The notes under the pieces: generated by a model | The model's database searches: none | Told to the model about the DNA's origin: nothing | The model's input: the letters and a program-made list of their open reading frames with translations, nothing else | Translations under genes and position numbers: made by a program | In this document: positions 20,202 through 33,127 of the stretch, piece by piece | Layout: every line of letters begins with the position of its first letter | How positions within the stretch are numbered: the first letter of the stretch is position 1 | Origin: a virus | Reading direction: 5' to 3' (one strand) | Length of the DNA stretch: 64,000 nt | Virus record (IMG/VR): IMGVR_UViG_3300035703_000034 | Location: 1 to 64,000 of that record

Positions 20202-21464
20202 ATGACCACCCCTGTTGTTGTTGATCCCATCCTCCGCCACCCCTGGGCCGCCATCAAGCCCAAAGACGAGCAAGATTTCAAGGGCAAGAGCGGTGAGCTG
20301 GTCCGGGCCGGCATCGTTGGCGGCGTGCTCGGCCTCGGCGCGGGCGTCGCGGCGGTGAAGCTGCTGCACCAGCGCGCGGTGGACAAGGTGCTGCGCCGCG
20401 ACATACACAGCCTCTTCGATCACACGGTCACGCTGCCGTTCGCCGCGGACCCATTGGGGTTCGTCAACAGCAGCGTCGGAGTTGGCGGTGGGTTGGGCAT
20501 AGGTGCGGTCGCGGCGCGCCAAGCGTATGATCACATCAGTCGGCACGCCGAGGCGGCACAGCAGTACGAGGCGCAAACGGGGCGAAAGATTCCCTTCATG
20601 GCGCGGCACCCCTACCTGCTGTCCGCAGCACCCGCCCTGGGTGGCGCGGCCCTGGGTGCCGCTGTCGCCGGCAAGGGTCTCGGCATGCGCACGTTGGGAG
20701 CAAGTGGCGGCCTCTTGGTGGGCGGCCTCGCGGGGTCCCCGTTGCTGGCCAACGCCGGCGCCGACGCCCGTGCGGCGTTCTTCGACGTCCACAAGCAGGC
20801 CAACACCATCAACCCGATCCTGCTCCACCCCACCCTCGTCAAGCGGCCTGCCACGCCGGAAGAGGCCGAGGCGCGCGGCAAGGACTACGCGGGCTTCATG
20901 GGGACCGGGGCGGCGCTCGGCACCCTGGCGGGCGCGGGCCTCGGGCTGTACCTGGCCAAGCGCTACGGCGACGGCGACATGCCCGCGCACATGGCCGGCT
21001 TCGGCGGCGCTGTCGGCGGTGCCCTGGCCGGCACGGTCGCCGGCGGTGCCGGCGCGTACTTCAAGCGCTACGCCCAGGCCATCCAGGAGCACGACGCTGC
21101 GGCGCGCCAGTACGAGGCCCAGTCCGGCACGAAGCTGCCGTTTTCGGTGCGGCACCCCCACGCGATGCTCTGGGGGCCGATGGCGCTCGGCACGGCCGCG
21201 GGTGCCGCGCTCGGGTCGCATGCCCGTCTGGGCCTCTCGCGGGCGTCGCGGCCCGTGGGTGCCGCGATGGGCCTGATGGGCGCGGCCATGACCGCCGCGC
21301 CGCTGTCGGCGGCCCATGCTTACGCGCAGCGGCGCGACATGTTCAAGGACAAGGTTGGTCCGCTGTCCACCGAGATGTACGGGGGCGACTTCGGCTCCGA
21401 CATCCAGACCCTCGAGGATCGCCAGAAACAGCGCGACGAGGTGGCCGAGCTCGGGATCTCCTGA
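20202..21464 (+). CDS. Glycine-zipper membrane protein with two tandem HPYL modules
   Basis: Internal duplication ('DPILRHP'/'NPILLHP'; 'KIPFMARHPYL'/'KLPFSVRHPHA') joined at 'VHKQA'. Confidence 0.7.
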   Translation: MTTPVVVDPILRHPWAAIKPKDEQDFKGKSGELVRAGIVGGVLGLGAGVAAVKLLHQRAVDKVLRRDIHSLFDHTVTLPFAADPLGFVNSSVGVGGGLGIGAVAARQAYDHISRHAEAAQQYEAQTGRKIPFMARHPYLLSAAPALGGAALGAAVAGKGLGMRTLGASGGLLVGGLAGSPLLANAGADARAAFFDVHKQANTINPILLHPTLVKRPATPEEAEARGKDYAGFMGTGAALGTLAGAGLGLYLAKRYGDGDMPAHMAGFGGAVGGALAGTVAGGAGAYFKRYAQAIQEHDAAARQYEAQSGTKLPFSVRHPHAMLWGPMALGTAAGAALGSHARLGLSRASRPVGAAMGLMGAAMTAAPLSAAHAYAQRRDMFKDKVGPLSTEMYGGDFGSDIQTLEDRQKQRDEVAELGIS

Positions 21465-21474
21465 CGCCCGTCCC

Positions 21475-24400
21475 ATGCGCACCCCCGAAGAAACCTTCCA
21501 GGCAATGAGCGCCGAGCTCGGCGAGGGCCTCAAGCAGGCTTTTCCCGTCGTGACGAAGGACGGCAAGGCGCTGCAGCTGCTCAAGCTGCACCCGCCCGAG
21601 CTGCCCGACCCCCACGATTACAACGCGCAGAAGGCCGCCATCATGGCGGGCGAGACCTGGGGCACGCCGCTCAAGGCGACGGTCGCGCTGCTCGGCCCCG
21701 ACGGCAAGCAGTTCGACAAGCGCGACATGCGCCTCGGCACGCTCCCGACGCCGACCAACCGGCACACCTTCATCCTCAACGGCAAGGAGTACCAGGTCAA
21801 CCACCAGCGTCGGCTGCGGCCCGGCATCTACACCAAGTTCAGCCGGCTCGGCGAGGCGCTGGCCGACTTCAACCTCGCCCAGGGCCGCAACTTCTCCGTG
21901 GGGCTAGACCCCGACGAGAACCGCTTCTTCATGCGCTACGGCAACACCCACGTGCCGCTGCTGCCCGTGCTCCAGCACCTCTACGAGCAGAAGTCCGTCG
22001 GACTCGGCAAGGCCTTCGACCACCCGGTGACGCCCGACGAGGCCACGAGCGCCCTCAAAACCCTCCACACCATGGTGCTGCCCAACGCGCCCGTGCCAGA
22101 TAACATGGGCGCCCTGAAAACGGCCCTAAAAGAAAAGCTGGGGCTGGCGAGCCTCGACCCCGACGTCACGGGCATCACCGTGGGCAACCGCCACGAAACC
22201 GTGTCAGGGCGCGCGTTGCAGGACGCGGCGAGGCAGGTGCTCGCCGTCCACAAGCGCGACGCGCTGCCGAGCACCAAGGAGCAGCTCGCCTTCACCGAGG
22301 TCCACGGCGTCGAGGACTTCCTGAAAGAGAAGTTCGTGAAGGGCCGCACCCAGCTGAAGTACCGGCTGACGCCCGCGCTCGCCACCAAGACCGAGCTTGC
22401 GAAAATCAACGTCAAGGGCGCGGTCGATGGCCTCATCAAGGAGTTCTTCATCGGCTCCGCCCAGTCCAACGTCGTGCAGCAGATCAACCCGCTCGAGATG
22501 AAGGAGAACGCCTTCAAGCTCACCAGCCTCGGCGAGGGCGCCATCGGAGACACCCACGCCATCAGCCCCGAGGTGCGCGTCATCCACCCGAGCAGCATGG
22601 GCTTCATCGACCCCGTCCGCACCCCCGACAACGCCAAGGCCGGGGTCGACGTGCGCTTCGCCGTGAACACCAAGAAGGTCGGCAAGCAGATTTTCACCAA
22701 GGTGAAGGACCTCCAGACCGGCCAGTACGTCATGAAGTCGCCCGTCGAGCTCTACGACGCCGTGGCCGCTCCCGACCTCGAGCCCGCCGCCAACGGCCTC
22801 GTGCGCGCCGTGCACCGCGGCGCCCTGGTCGACGTGCCGCTGCAGCAGGTGCGCTACCAGCTGCCCGCCAACGACAGCTTCACCGTCAGCACCACGCTCG
22901 TGCCGTTCCTCCAGAACACCCACGCCCACCGCGCCGCCATGGGCGCGAAGATGCTGGGCCAGGCCGTCAGCCTGCTCGACCGGGAGGCCCCGCTCGTCAC
23001 GACGCCGCACGCCGAGACCGGCATCGGCGACTTCCTCATCAAGGCCCCCGTGGCCGGCACCATCACGAAGATCGAGAACGGCGTCCTCACGCTGACAGAT
23101 GCAAAAAACCATATCCATCGCATCAGCTACCCCCACGAGTTCCCCCTCAACGGCCACAGCTTCTTGCACGCCGAGCTCAAGGTGAAGGTCGGCGATCGCG
23201 TGGCGGCGGGCCAGCTGCTGGCCGACAACAACTTCAGCCGCAACGGCCAGGTCGCCCTCGGCAAGAACCTGACGGTCGCCTACATGCCCTACAAGGGCCT
23301 CAACCACGAGGACGCTGTGGTCATGACCCGCCAGGGCGCGGACAAGCTCATATCCCAACATCTGCATACGTTCGAGGCCCTCAAGGACGATCGCGCGGTG
23401 CACAGCAAGAAGGCTTACCAAGCGCACTACCCCGGCGAGTACGAGCTCAAGCACTTCGACAAGCTCGACGACGACGGCGTCGTGAAGGTCGGGCAGGTGC
23501 TCGAGCACGGCGACCCCATCATGCTCGGGTTGCGCAAGCGGCTCATGTCCCCCGAGCAGCTGCTGCTCGGCAAGGCCAACAAGGGCGTGCTCAACCCCAT
23601 GATCGACACGACCCAGGCCTGGGATCGCCCGTACCCGGGCAAGGTCTCGGCCGTGCAGAAGACGAGCCAGGGCATCAAGGTCACGATCACGGCCAACGCG
23701 CCCATGCAGGTGGGCGACAAGGTCTGCGGCCGGCACGGGAACAAGGGCGTCGTCTCCGTCATCATCCCGAACGAGGAGGCCCCCCGCACCGCCGACGGCA
23801 AGGTGCCCGACCTCATCCTCAACTCGGCCGGGTTGACCTCCCGCATGAACAACGGCCAGCTCTACGAGGTGATCGCCGCCAAGGCCATCCAGAAGCTGGG
23901 GCTGCCCCAGCAGACCTTCCCGCACTTCGCGGGCGTCAACACCTACAACCTGGTCAAGACCCTGCGCGACAAGGCCAAGATCTCCGAGACCGACGAGCTG
24001 TTTGACCCCAAGACCGGGCGCAGCCTGGGGCCCACGTTGATGGGTCCGATGTACGTGCTCAAGCTCTTCAAGCAGGCCGAGACCGGCTTCTCCGCCCGGG
24101 CGGGCGGCGAGTACGACATCGACCTGCGCCCCGCGAAGGGCGGCGAGGAGGGCGCGAAGTCCGTCGGCACGCTCGACTTCTTCAGCCTGCTCTCGCACGG
24201 CAGCCGCAAGCTGCTCGCCGACGCGCACCTGAAGAGCGAGTTCAACCCCGAGGTCATGGAGGCCATGTGGAAGGGGCAGCCGCTGCCCCCGCCCAAGCCG
24301 ACCTTCGCCTGGAACAAGTTCCAGGGCATGCTGACGGGCATGGGGCTCAACGTGAAGAAGACCGGCAACCAGCTCGCCTTGCTGCCGCTGCACGACCACG

Positions 24401-25767
24401 AGGTGCTCGCCATGTCGAACGGCCGGGTCACCGAGCCGTTGACGGTCTTCGACAAGCCCGACCCCGTGACGAACCTGCCCTTCCGCCCGGAGCCGGGCGG
24501 GCTCTTCGACCCCACGGTGACGGGCGGGCTCGTCGGCAACCGCTGGAGCCACATCAGCCTGCACGAGCCCGTGCTCAACCCCATCTTCAAGAACGCCGCC
24601 CGCACGATCCTCGGGCTGCCCAAGGCCCAGTTCGAGCAGACCCTTTACGAGAAGGGCGCCGGGCACGTCCAGCAGCAGCTGAGCCTGATCGACCCCGCCA
24701 AGCGCCTCGCCGAGCTGCAATCCGAGCTCGCCAAGACCAACTCGACCTCGAAGCGCGACGCCATCTACAAGCAGATCAAGTACCTGCGCCCGCTGGCCGA
24801 CAACAAGCTGAAGCCCGACACGGCCTACGTGCTCAACCACATCCCCGTGCTGCCGCCCGCCATGCGCCCCATCTACCCGGACCCCCAGACGGGCCGGATG
24901 GTCGTGTCGGACGCCAACCAGCTCTACAAGAACCTGCTGCTGGTCAACCAGCAGCTGCGCACGCACAGCACGCTGGGCGACGCCGCCACGACGACGGCGC
25001 TGCGCCAGGGGCTCCACGAGGCCGTCGCGGCCGTGCAGGGCTTCGACGGCACGCCCGAGAAGCTCGGCTTCAACCAGGAGCCGCCGCCCTCGGGCTTCCT
25101 CAAGGTCATCACCGGCACGGCCCAGGCCAAGGACGGCTTCTTCCAGTCCAAGCTGCTCTCCCGCCGTCAGGACGTCGCGGCCCGCGGCGTGGTGGTGCCC
25201 GACACGAGCCTGGAGATCGACGAGGTGGGGCTGCCCAAGCCGATGGCGATGAAGCTCTACCGCCACCACGGCGTCGGCGAGCTGGTGCAGTCGGGCATGC
25301 CGCTGCTCAAGGCCGCCGAGGAGTTCGAGAACGAAACCCCCACTGCCGTGAAGGCCGTCCAGGCTGCTATGATGAAGTTCCCCGCGATTGTCACGCGCGC
25401 ACCCTCGCTGCACAAGTTCAACTTGATGGGCTTCAAGCCCAAGATCGTCGACGGCAAATCGGTGCGCGTGAACACCCTCGTGCTCAAGGGCTTCAACATG
25501 GACTTCGACGGGGACCAGAGCACCATCCATGTGCCCATCAGCCCGGAAGGGGCCGCCGACGCGCGCCGCATGATGCCCTCGAACAACCTGTTCAGCCCGC
25601 TCAACAACGGCCCCGTGCACGTGCCCTCGCAAGAGACGGTCTACGGGCTGTGGAAGGCGACGGTCGCCAAGGGCGCCCCCGTCCAACGTTTCCCGAACAA
25701 GGCCGCCGCCCTCGCGGCGTTCCAAGCAGGTCGGATCCGCATCACGGACCCCATCGAAATCGGTTAA
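21475..25767 (+). CDS. DNA-directed RNA polymerase, beta subunit fused to N-terminal half of beta'
   Basis: Beta motifs 'FILNGKEY', 'VRVIHPS...DPVRTPD', 'RAAMGAKM..QA', 'GDKVCGRHGNKGVV', 'SRMN.GQ'. Beta' motifs 'GLFD', 'IPVLPPAMRP', 'KLLSRRQD..ARGVV', 'RAPSLH', catalytic 'FNMDFDGDQ'. Confidence 0.93.
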   Translation: MRTPEETFQAMSAELGEGLKQAFPVVTKDGKALQLLKLHPPELPDPHDYNAQKAAIMAGETWGTPLKATVALLGPDGKQFDKRDMRLGTLPTPTNRHTFILNGKEYQVNHQRRLRPGIYTKFSRLGEALADFNLAQGRNFSVGLDPDENRFFMRYGNTHVPLLPVLQHLYEQKSVGLGKAFDHPVTPDEATSALKTLHTMVLPNAPVPDNMGALKTALKEKLGLASLDPDVTGITVGNRHETVSGRALQDAARQVLAVHKRDALPSTKEQLAFTEVHGVEDFLKEKFVKGRTQLKYRLTPALATKTELAKINVKGAVDGLIKEFFIGSAQSNVVQQINPLEMKENAFKLTSLGEGAIGDTHAISPEVRVIHPSSMGFIDPVRTPDNAKAGVDVRFAVNTKKVGKQIFTKVKDLQTGQYVMKSPVELYDAVAAPDLEPAANGLVRAVHRGALVDVPLQQVRYQLPANDSFTVSTTLVPFLQNTHAHRAAMGAKMLGQAVSLLDREAPLVTTPHAETGIGDFLIKAPVAGTITKIENGVLTLTDAKNHIHRISYPHEFPLNGHSFLHAELKVKVGDRVAAGQLLADNNFSRNGQVALGKNLTVAYMPYKGLNHEDAVVMTRQGADKLISQHLHTFEALKDDRAVHSKKAYQAHYPGEYELKHFDKLDDDGVVKVGQVLEHGDPIMLGLRKRLMSPEQLLLGKANKGVLNPMIDTTQAWDRPYPGKVSAVQKTSQGIKVTITANAPMQVGDKVCGRHGNKGVVSVIIPNEEAPRTADGKVPDLILNSAGLTSRMNNGQLYEVIAAKAIQKLGLPQQTFPHFAGVNTYNLVKTLRDKAKISETDELFDPKTGRSLGPTLMGPMYVLKLFKQAETGFSARAGGEYDIDLRPAKGGEEGAKSVGTLDFFSLLSHGSRKLLADAHLKSEFNPEVMEAMWKGQPLPPPKPTFAWNKFQGMLTGMGLNVKKTGNQLALLPLHDHEVLAMSNGRVTEPLTVFDKPDPVTNLPFRPEPGGLFDPTVTGGLVGNRWSHISLHEPVLNPIFKNAARTILGLPKAQFEQTLYEKGAGHVQQQLSLIDPAKRLAELQSELAKTNSTSKRDAIYKQIKYLRPLADNKLKPDTAYVLNHIPVLPPAMRPIYPDPQTGRMVVSDANQLYKNLLLVNQQLRTHSTLGDAATTTALRQGLHEAVAAVQGFDGTPEKLGFNQEPPPSGFLKVITGTAQAKDGFFQSKLLSRRQDVAARGVVVPDTSLEIDEVGLPKPMAMKLYRHHGVGELVQSGMPLLKAAEEFENETPTAVKAVQAAMMKFPAIVTRAPSLHKFNLMGFKPKIVDGKSVRVNTLVLKGFNMDFDGDQSTIHVPISPEGAADARRMMPSNNLFSPLNNGPVHVPSQETVYGLWKATVAKGAPVQRFPNKAAALAAFQAGRIRITDPIEIG

Positions 25768-25849
25768 TGCTCTCTCCGAGGTCGCCCCCGCTGCCACGCA
25801 GCGCGGGGTGCGCTCGGCATCGCTCAGTCATCGCTATGTGGAGGTTATT

Positions 25850-28362
<2,513 letters not shown>

Positions 28363-28366
<4 letters not shown>

Positions 28367-28371
28367 TAATT
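28363..28371 (+). promoter_or_regulatory. Putative phage promoter motif CTGATAATT (overlaps nrdJ stop)
   Basis: Exact motif copy 5 nt upstream of the ATG at 28377. Confidence 0.55.
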
Positions 28372-28376
28372 GGGGT

Positions 28377-30056
28377 ATGACCCTGCCCCATAAGTTCGCC
28401 AACCTGGGGGAGGAGCTGCTGCACGCGGCCGGTCACGCGGCCCACGTGCAGCACCTCGCCCCCCACGACGCGCCCGCGCCGCGCAAGCCTGCCAAGCCGT
28501 CGAGCCTGGGCCGGGCCGCCGTGGCGCGGGTCAAGCAGGCCGCCATGACGGCGGACTTCCAGGCCAAGGCCCACCAGCAAGAGGCCATCGACCGGCTGCA
28601 TGCGAACAACGGCGCGCTGCTGTTGATGCACGGCACCGGCACGGGCAAGACGCCAACCAGCCTCTACGGCGTTGAGACCCTGCGCGACAAGGGCCGGGCC
28701 ACCCGCACGCTCGCGGTGGTCCCGGCGCCGTTGCGCGAGAACTTCCTCAACGAGGGCGTGCACAAGTTCACGGACCGCAAGGGCGTGAAGTTCGGGCCCA
28801 AGGGCGAGGCCGGCAGCATCCACATCAGCGGCCGCATCCCGAAGGCCGACTACTACGTCGTCTCCAACGAGATGTTCCGCAAGGACCCCGCCGCCTACCT
28901 CAAGGCCACCGGCGCCGACACGATCGTCTGGGACGAGGCCCACAAGGGCCGCTCCGACCAGTCGCTCAACTACCAGGCCATGCGCCAGGCCCGCGGCCAG
29001 GTGAAGAACTTCCTCGCGCTCTCGGCCACGCCCGTGGTCAACCACCCGCGCGACCTCGTGCCGCTCATCGACATCGTCACCAACGGCAACCACCGCCTCG
29101 GCACGCCCCAGCAGTTCGACCGCCTCTACACCGGCACCGTCACGCAGTTGCACGGCCCGTGGGCCAGCTTCGGCATCGGCCACCAGACGCGCGAGACGGT
29201 GCTCAAAAACACCCACCACCTCGCCGCCGAGCTCAACCGTCACATCCACTACGTGCCCGTCGAGGACGTCGCCAAGGACATGCCCAAGAAGGTCGTCCAC
29301 GACGTGCCCGTCGAGATGTCTGCCCACCAGAAGGCGCTCTACGACTTCCAGATGGCGAAAATCGACCCGCTGATGGCCGAAAAAATCCGCAACAACGTGC
29401 CCGTCGGCCAGTCCGAGGCCCGCTCGATCCTCACCAAGATCATCCGGGCGCGCGCCATCTCCAACTCCGTCCACGCGGGCGATCGCCGCTTCACCCCCGC
29501 GTCCGCGGCCGTCGCCACGCCCAAGATGAAGCGCATGCTCGACGACGTGACGGCCCACCTGGCAGCCGACCCCAAGCACAAGGCCATCGTCTACACCAAC
29601 CTGGTGAACGGCGGCGTCGACTCCGCCGTGGCAGGGCTGCGCGCCCGCGGGGTGGAGCCTGGCATGTTCATCGGCAGCACCCACCAGAAGAAGTCCGAGC
29701 GCCAGCAGCACATCCAGGACTACCTGGCCGGCAACAAGCGCGTGATGGTCATCAACTCGGCCGGCACGGAGGGCCTGAACCTGCCCGGCACCACCGCCCA
29801 CTTCACCCTGGACCCCCACTGGAACCTCAGCCTCATGGAACAGGCGGAAGCCAGGGGCATCCGGGCGGGCTCGCCCGTCAAGCAGGTGGATGTCTACCGC
29901 TACACCAGCGCCCCGCCCAAGATGCTCGGCATGTTCCGCTCCAACGAGGCCACCGTCGACCAGTGGGTCTACAACGTCGCCAACCGCAAGGAGCGGCTCA
30001 ACCGCCAGCTGCTGGGCCTGCTGCAGCGCCCCCGGAGGTCCGATGGCACGCCTTAG
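28377..30056 (+). CDS. SNF2-family (SF2) helicase/ATPase
   Basis: 'HGTGTGKT' (motif I), 'VWDEAH' (II), 'LSATP' (III), 'GTEGLNL' (V), 'QAEARGIR' (VI). Confidence 0.88.
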   Translation: MTLPHKFANLGEELLHAAGHAAHVQHLAPHDAPAPRKPAKPSSLGRAAVARVKQAAMTADFQAKAHQQEAIDRLHANNGALLLMHGTGTGKTPTSLYGVETLRDKGRATRTLAVVPAPLRENFLNEGVHKFTDRKGVKFGPKGEAGSIHISGRIPKADYYVVSNEMFRKDPAAYLKATGADTIVWDEAHKGRSDQSLNYQAMRQARGQVKNFLALSATPVVNHPRDLVPLIDIVTNGNHRLGTPQQFDRLYTGTVTQLHGPWASFGIGHQTRETVLKNTHHLAAELNRHIHYVPVEDVAKDMPKKVVHDVPVEMSAHQKALYDFQMAKIDPLMAEKIRNNVPVGQSEARSILTKIIRARAISNSVHAGDRRFTPASAAVATPKMKRMLDDVTAHLAADPKHKAIVYTNLVNGGVDSAVAGLRARGVEPGMFIGSTHQKKSERQQHIQDYLAGNKRVMVINSAGTEGLNLPGTTAHFTLDPHWNLSLMEQAEARGIRAGSPVKQVDVYRYTSAPPKMLGMFRSNEATVDQWVYNVANRKERLNRQLLGLLQRPRRSDGTP

Positions 30057-30300
30057 CCAGCTGCGCGAACCCGACGATGCCTGCACCGTGCGCGTCACCA
30101 AGCTCTCGCCGATCGCCCTCGCCGACCTGCGGGACCTGTGCGATCGCGAGCGCTTGCCGATCGACATGCGGGTCAAGGGGGAGTACCTCGGCGAGACCGT
30201 CGTCGAGCTGATGGCCCCCTACAAGGAGCTGCTCCAGTACCTCGTGTGGCTCTTCAGCCGCGAGTACGCGCACCCGTTCGAGCTCGAGGCCAGCGCATGA
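30043..30300 (+). CDS. Small hypothetical protein
   Basis: GGAGG RBS before ATG 30043. Its stop overlaps the next start (ATGA). Confidence 0.6.
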   Translation: MARLSQLREPDDACTVRVTKLSPIALADLRDLCDRERLPIDMRVKGEYLGETVVELMAPYKELLQYLVWLFSREYAHPFELEASA

Positions 30301-32144
30301 GCGTCACGACGATCGGGCAGCTGCTCATCGAGCAGACCCTGCCGGACGACATGAAAACGACCGGCACCCTCAACAAGAAGGGCGTGAGCACCCTGCTCGG
30401 CAAGCTCGCCCAGCAGCACGCGCCCCGCTACGGCAGCGTGGTCAAGAACCTGCGCGACGTCGGCAACCAGATCGCCTACGAGTCGGGCACCAGCTTCAAG
30501 CTCGAGGACCTCCGCCCGATGACCGAGCTGCGCGACGCCGCCGTCGAGGCCCACGGCAAGGAGCTCGCCGCCCTGCACGCCCAGCTGGCGAAGAACCCGG
30601 CGCTGTCCTTCGACCCCCACTTCCAGCAGAAGCAGGTTGCCCTGCACGCCAGGATCGAGGAGAAGGTCAACCAGGCCGTTGCCCAGCGCATCGAGAAGGC
30701 CCCCAACAACCTGACGGGCTGGGTCGCCTCCGGCGCCCGCGGCGACACCGCGATGGCGCGCCAGATGGTCGGCATGGCCGGCATGAACCTCGATGCGACC
30801 AACCGCCTGCTGCCGCACGTCGCCTGGCGAAGCTTCTCCGAGGGCCTCAGCCCCGTCGACTTCCACGTGCACGCCCAGGGCGCGCGCCGGGGCCTCGTCA
30901 ACACCTACAACTCCGTGCGCGACCCCGGCGCCTTCGCCAAGGAGCTCAACACCATCCAGGTCGACATGACCATCACGGGCACGGACTGCCACACGACCCG
31001 CGGCCGCAGCCTGCCGGCCGACAGCCCCGACCTGATGGGCCGCTACCTGGCCCAGGACGTGCCGGGCGTCGCCGGGCGCAACGAGCTCGTCACGCCGCGC
31101 GTCGCCCAGGCCCTCAAGGCCAAGGGCGGCACGGTGGTCGTGCGCTCGCCGCTCTACTGCCAGGAGACCTCGGGCGTGTGCGCCCACTGCCACGGCCCCA
31201 ACGAGGAGGGCAAGCTCCCGCAGCTCGGCGACGCCGTGGGCCTCAAGTCCTCGCAGGCGCTGACCGAGCCGCTCACCCAGCTGGCTCTCAACCAGAAGCA
31301 CACGGGCGGCGTCGTGGGCGCAGGCAAGTCCCCGCTCCACGCGATCCTCCAGCTGATGCACGCCCCCAAGATCTTCGTGGGCGCGGCCACCGTGGCGAAG
31401 CGCTCCGGCACCATCGACGCCGTCGCCGAGGCGCCCGCGGGCGGCTTCCACGTCACGGTCAGCGGCACCAAGCACTACGTCCCGCCCGATTTGACCGTGA
31501 AGGTCAAGGTCGGTCAGACCATCGCCCGGGGCGACGCGCTCTCGACCGGCCCGCTCAACCCCGTCGACGTCGTGCAGCACAAGGGCATGGAGCAGGGCCG
31601 CATGTACTTCGCCGACGCCCTGCGCGGCCTGTACGCGGACTCCGGCATCACGGGCCACCCGCGCGTCTTCGAGACCGTCACGCGCGGCATCCTCAACCTC
31701 GGCCAGGTCGTGCACCCGGGTCGCTCGACCTACAGCCCCGGCGAGGTCGTCCACTGGAACAAGGTCCAGAACGACCTCTCCGCCGAGCCGGAGCGCGTCG
31801 GGCTCGCGCAGGCCACGGGCCGCATCCTCATGCACGAGGCGGGGCCGCTCGCACCGTACACCACCCTGACGCCCGCCCACGTGGCGCAGCTGAAGGGCCA
31901 CGGCCTCACGACGGTGCCGGTCTTCAAGCGCGACGCGCTGGTGGTGCAGCCCCTCATGCTCGGCACCGAGCGCGCGGCCCTGCACAAGGGCGACTGGCTC
32001 TCCAACCTGGCCTTCCGCTTCGTCACCTCGACCTTCAAGGAGAACGCGGCGACGGGCGCCACCGCCACCATCGCCAACTCGTTCAACCCGCTCGGCCCCT
32101 ACGTGACCGGCAGCATCGGGCGCGGCACGGGCGGCCGGTACTAG
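30297..32144 (+). CDS. RNA polymerase beta' subunit, C-terminal half
   Basis: 'TTIGQLL', 'SGARG...QMVGMAG', 'SFSEGLSPVDF', bridge helix 'GARRGL', Zn site 'DC...RSPLYC...VCAHCHG', trigger loop 'EPLTQLALNQKHTGG'. Confidence 0.9.
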   Translation: MSVTTIGQLLIEQTLPDDMKTTGTLNKKGVSTLLGKLAQQHAPRYGSVVKNLRDVGNQIAYESGTSFKLEDLRPMTELRDAAVEAHGKELAALHAQLAKNPALSFDPHFQQKQVALHARIEEKVNQAVAQRIEKAPNNLTGWVASGARGDTAMARQMVGMAGMNLDATNRLLPHVAWRSFSEGLSPVDFHVHAQGARRGLVNTYNSVRDPGAFAKELNTIQVDMTITGTDCHTTRGRSLPADSPDLMGRYLAQDVPGVAGRNELVTPRVAQALKAKGGTVVVRSPLYCQETSGVCAHCHGPNEEGKLPQLGDAVGLKSSQALTEPLTQLALNQKHTGGVVGAGKSPLHAILQLMHAPKIFVGAATVAKRSGTIDAVAEAPAGGFHVTVSGTKHYVPPDLTVKVKVGQTIARGDALSTGPLNPVDVVQHKGMEQGRMYFADALRGLYADSGITGHPRVFETVTRGILNLGQVVHPGRSTYSPGEVVHWNKVQNDLSAEPERVGLAQATGRILMHEAGPLAPYTTLTPAHVAQLKGHGLTTVPVFKRDALVVQPLMLGTERAALHKGDWLSNLAFRFVTSTFKENAATGATATIANSFNPLGPYVTGSIGRGTGGRY

Positions 32145-32154
32145 AGGTTCGCCC

Positions 32155-32886
32155 GTGTCCGAGTTCATGCCCCCCGAAGACGATCTCGCCGTCGGCGGCC
32201 TGCCGAACGAGGCGCAGCAGGGCAGCCTCGCCCGCACCGTCGAGCGCCTGCAGGCGCTCATCAGCCTACACTACGAGTACCTGCCGGTGTTCTTCCAGAG
32301 CACGCTGCTCAGCCTCGTGCAGGACCACTTCGCCCACGACCCCGACTACCGCTACGATCGCCACCAGCCGCTCAACAACACCGTCCTCATCACCCGCGAG
32401 TGGAGCCGTTCAACGCTCGGTCAACGCGACAACCGACCGATTGTCTCCGTCGGCTTCCTCGGCTCGCAGGCCAGCCACATGGCGCTGCGCGACACCATGA
32501 GCGAGACCGTGCCGAACGCCTTCAAGCCGACCCGCACAGCCAGCATCGAGGAGGTCAGCACCTTCCAGATCGCCGTCATCGACCACAACGCCGTGCGCGC
32601 GACGGTGCTCGCGCAGCGGCTGCGGGCGCGCCTGGTGGCGACCCGCCTGCAGCTGCAGCGGCTCTACAAGCTGCAGGACTTGGGGATGCCCACGCTGAAC
32701 GGCCCACAGAACGTCGAGGAGTTCGACGACCTGTTCCAGGTCACGATGGCGCTGCAGATCATGAGCCTGCCGCGCTGGACCGAGACGCAGGACCACGACT
32801 ACCTGCGCCGCATCGCCGTGCTGACGCACCTGAACGCGACGGACCTGTTCTCGGAGATGCTGCTGCCGGATGCCCCGAAGCCGTAA
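32155..32886 (+). CDS. Putative tail-completion/neck-type structural protein
   Basis: Typical codon usage, GAGG RBS, alpha/beta pattern resembling tail terminators. Function is inferred. Confidence 0.4.
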   Translation: MSEFMPPEDDLAVGGLPNEAQQGSLARTVERLQALISLHYEYLPVFFQSTLLSLVQDHFAHDPDYRYDRHQPLNNTVLITREWSRSTLGQRDNRPIVSVGFLGSQASHMALRDTMSETVPNAFKPTRTASIEEVSTFQIAVIDHNAVRATVLAQRLRARLVATRLQLQRLYKLQDLGMPTLNGPQNVEEFDDLFQVTMALQIMSLPRWTETQDHDYLRRIAVLTHLNATDLFSEMLLPDAPKP

Positions 32887-33127
32887 GCCGCGCGCCGTCA
32901 GCCGCTCCTACGCCCGCAAGGACGGCCTCTGCCGCCTGTGCGAGCAGCCGTTCTCCACCGTGCGCGCCGGCGGCCGGACATGCGGGGCCTGCCAGCGCCG
33001 CGCCGAGGCCGACGCCCGCCTGCCGTGGCTGCTGACGCACACGCCCCCTTTGCCCGCGGGACCCCTCACGCTGCCGGACCGCTGGCTGCGGCGGCTCACA
33101 GACCCGACGGACGATAGAAGATCGTGA
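32870..33127 (+). CDS. Small Zn-finger-like protein
   Basis: 'CRLC...TCGAC' CxxC pairs. Confidence 0.4.
   Translation: MPRSRKPRAVSRSYARKDGLCRLCEQPFSTVRAGGRTCGACQRRAEADARLPWLLTHTPPLPAGPLTLPDRWLRRLTDPTDDRRS

Noticed and set aside
19287-21464. Class II bacteriocin cluster (glycine-zipper peptides)
   Set aside because: No double-glycine leaders, ABC/peptidase exporter or immunity gene is evident. KxA leaders and late-type context favour virion proteins, though toxicity is not excluded.
21316-21474. N-terminal extension of RNAP given by the ORF track (similarly 13511, 30138, 41074, 43796, 1797, 1130)
   Set aside because: These overlap upstream genes or promoter motifs. Downstream starts with an RBS or stop/start coupling are more plausible.
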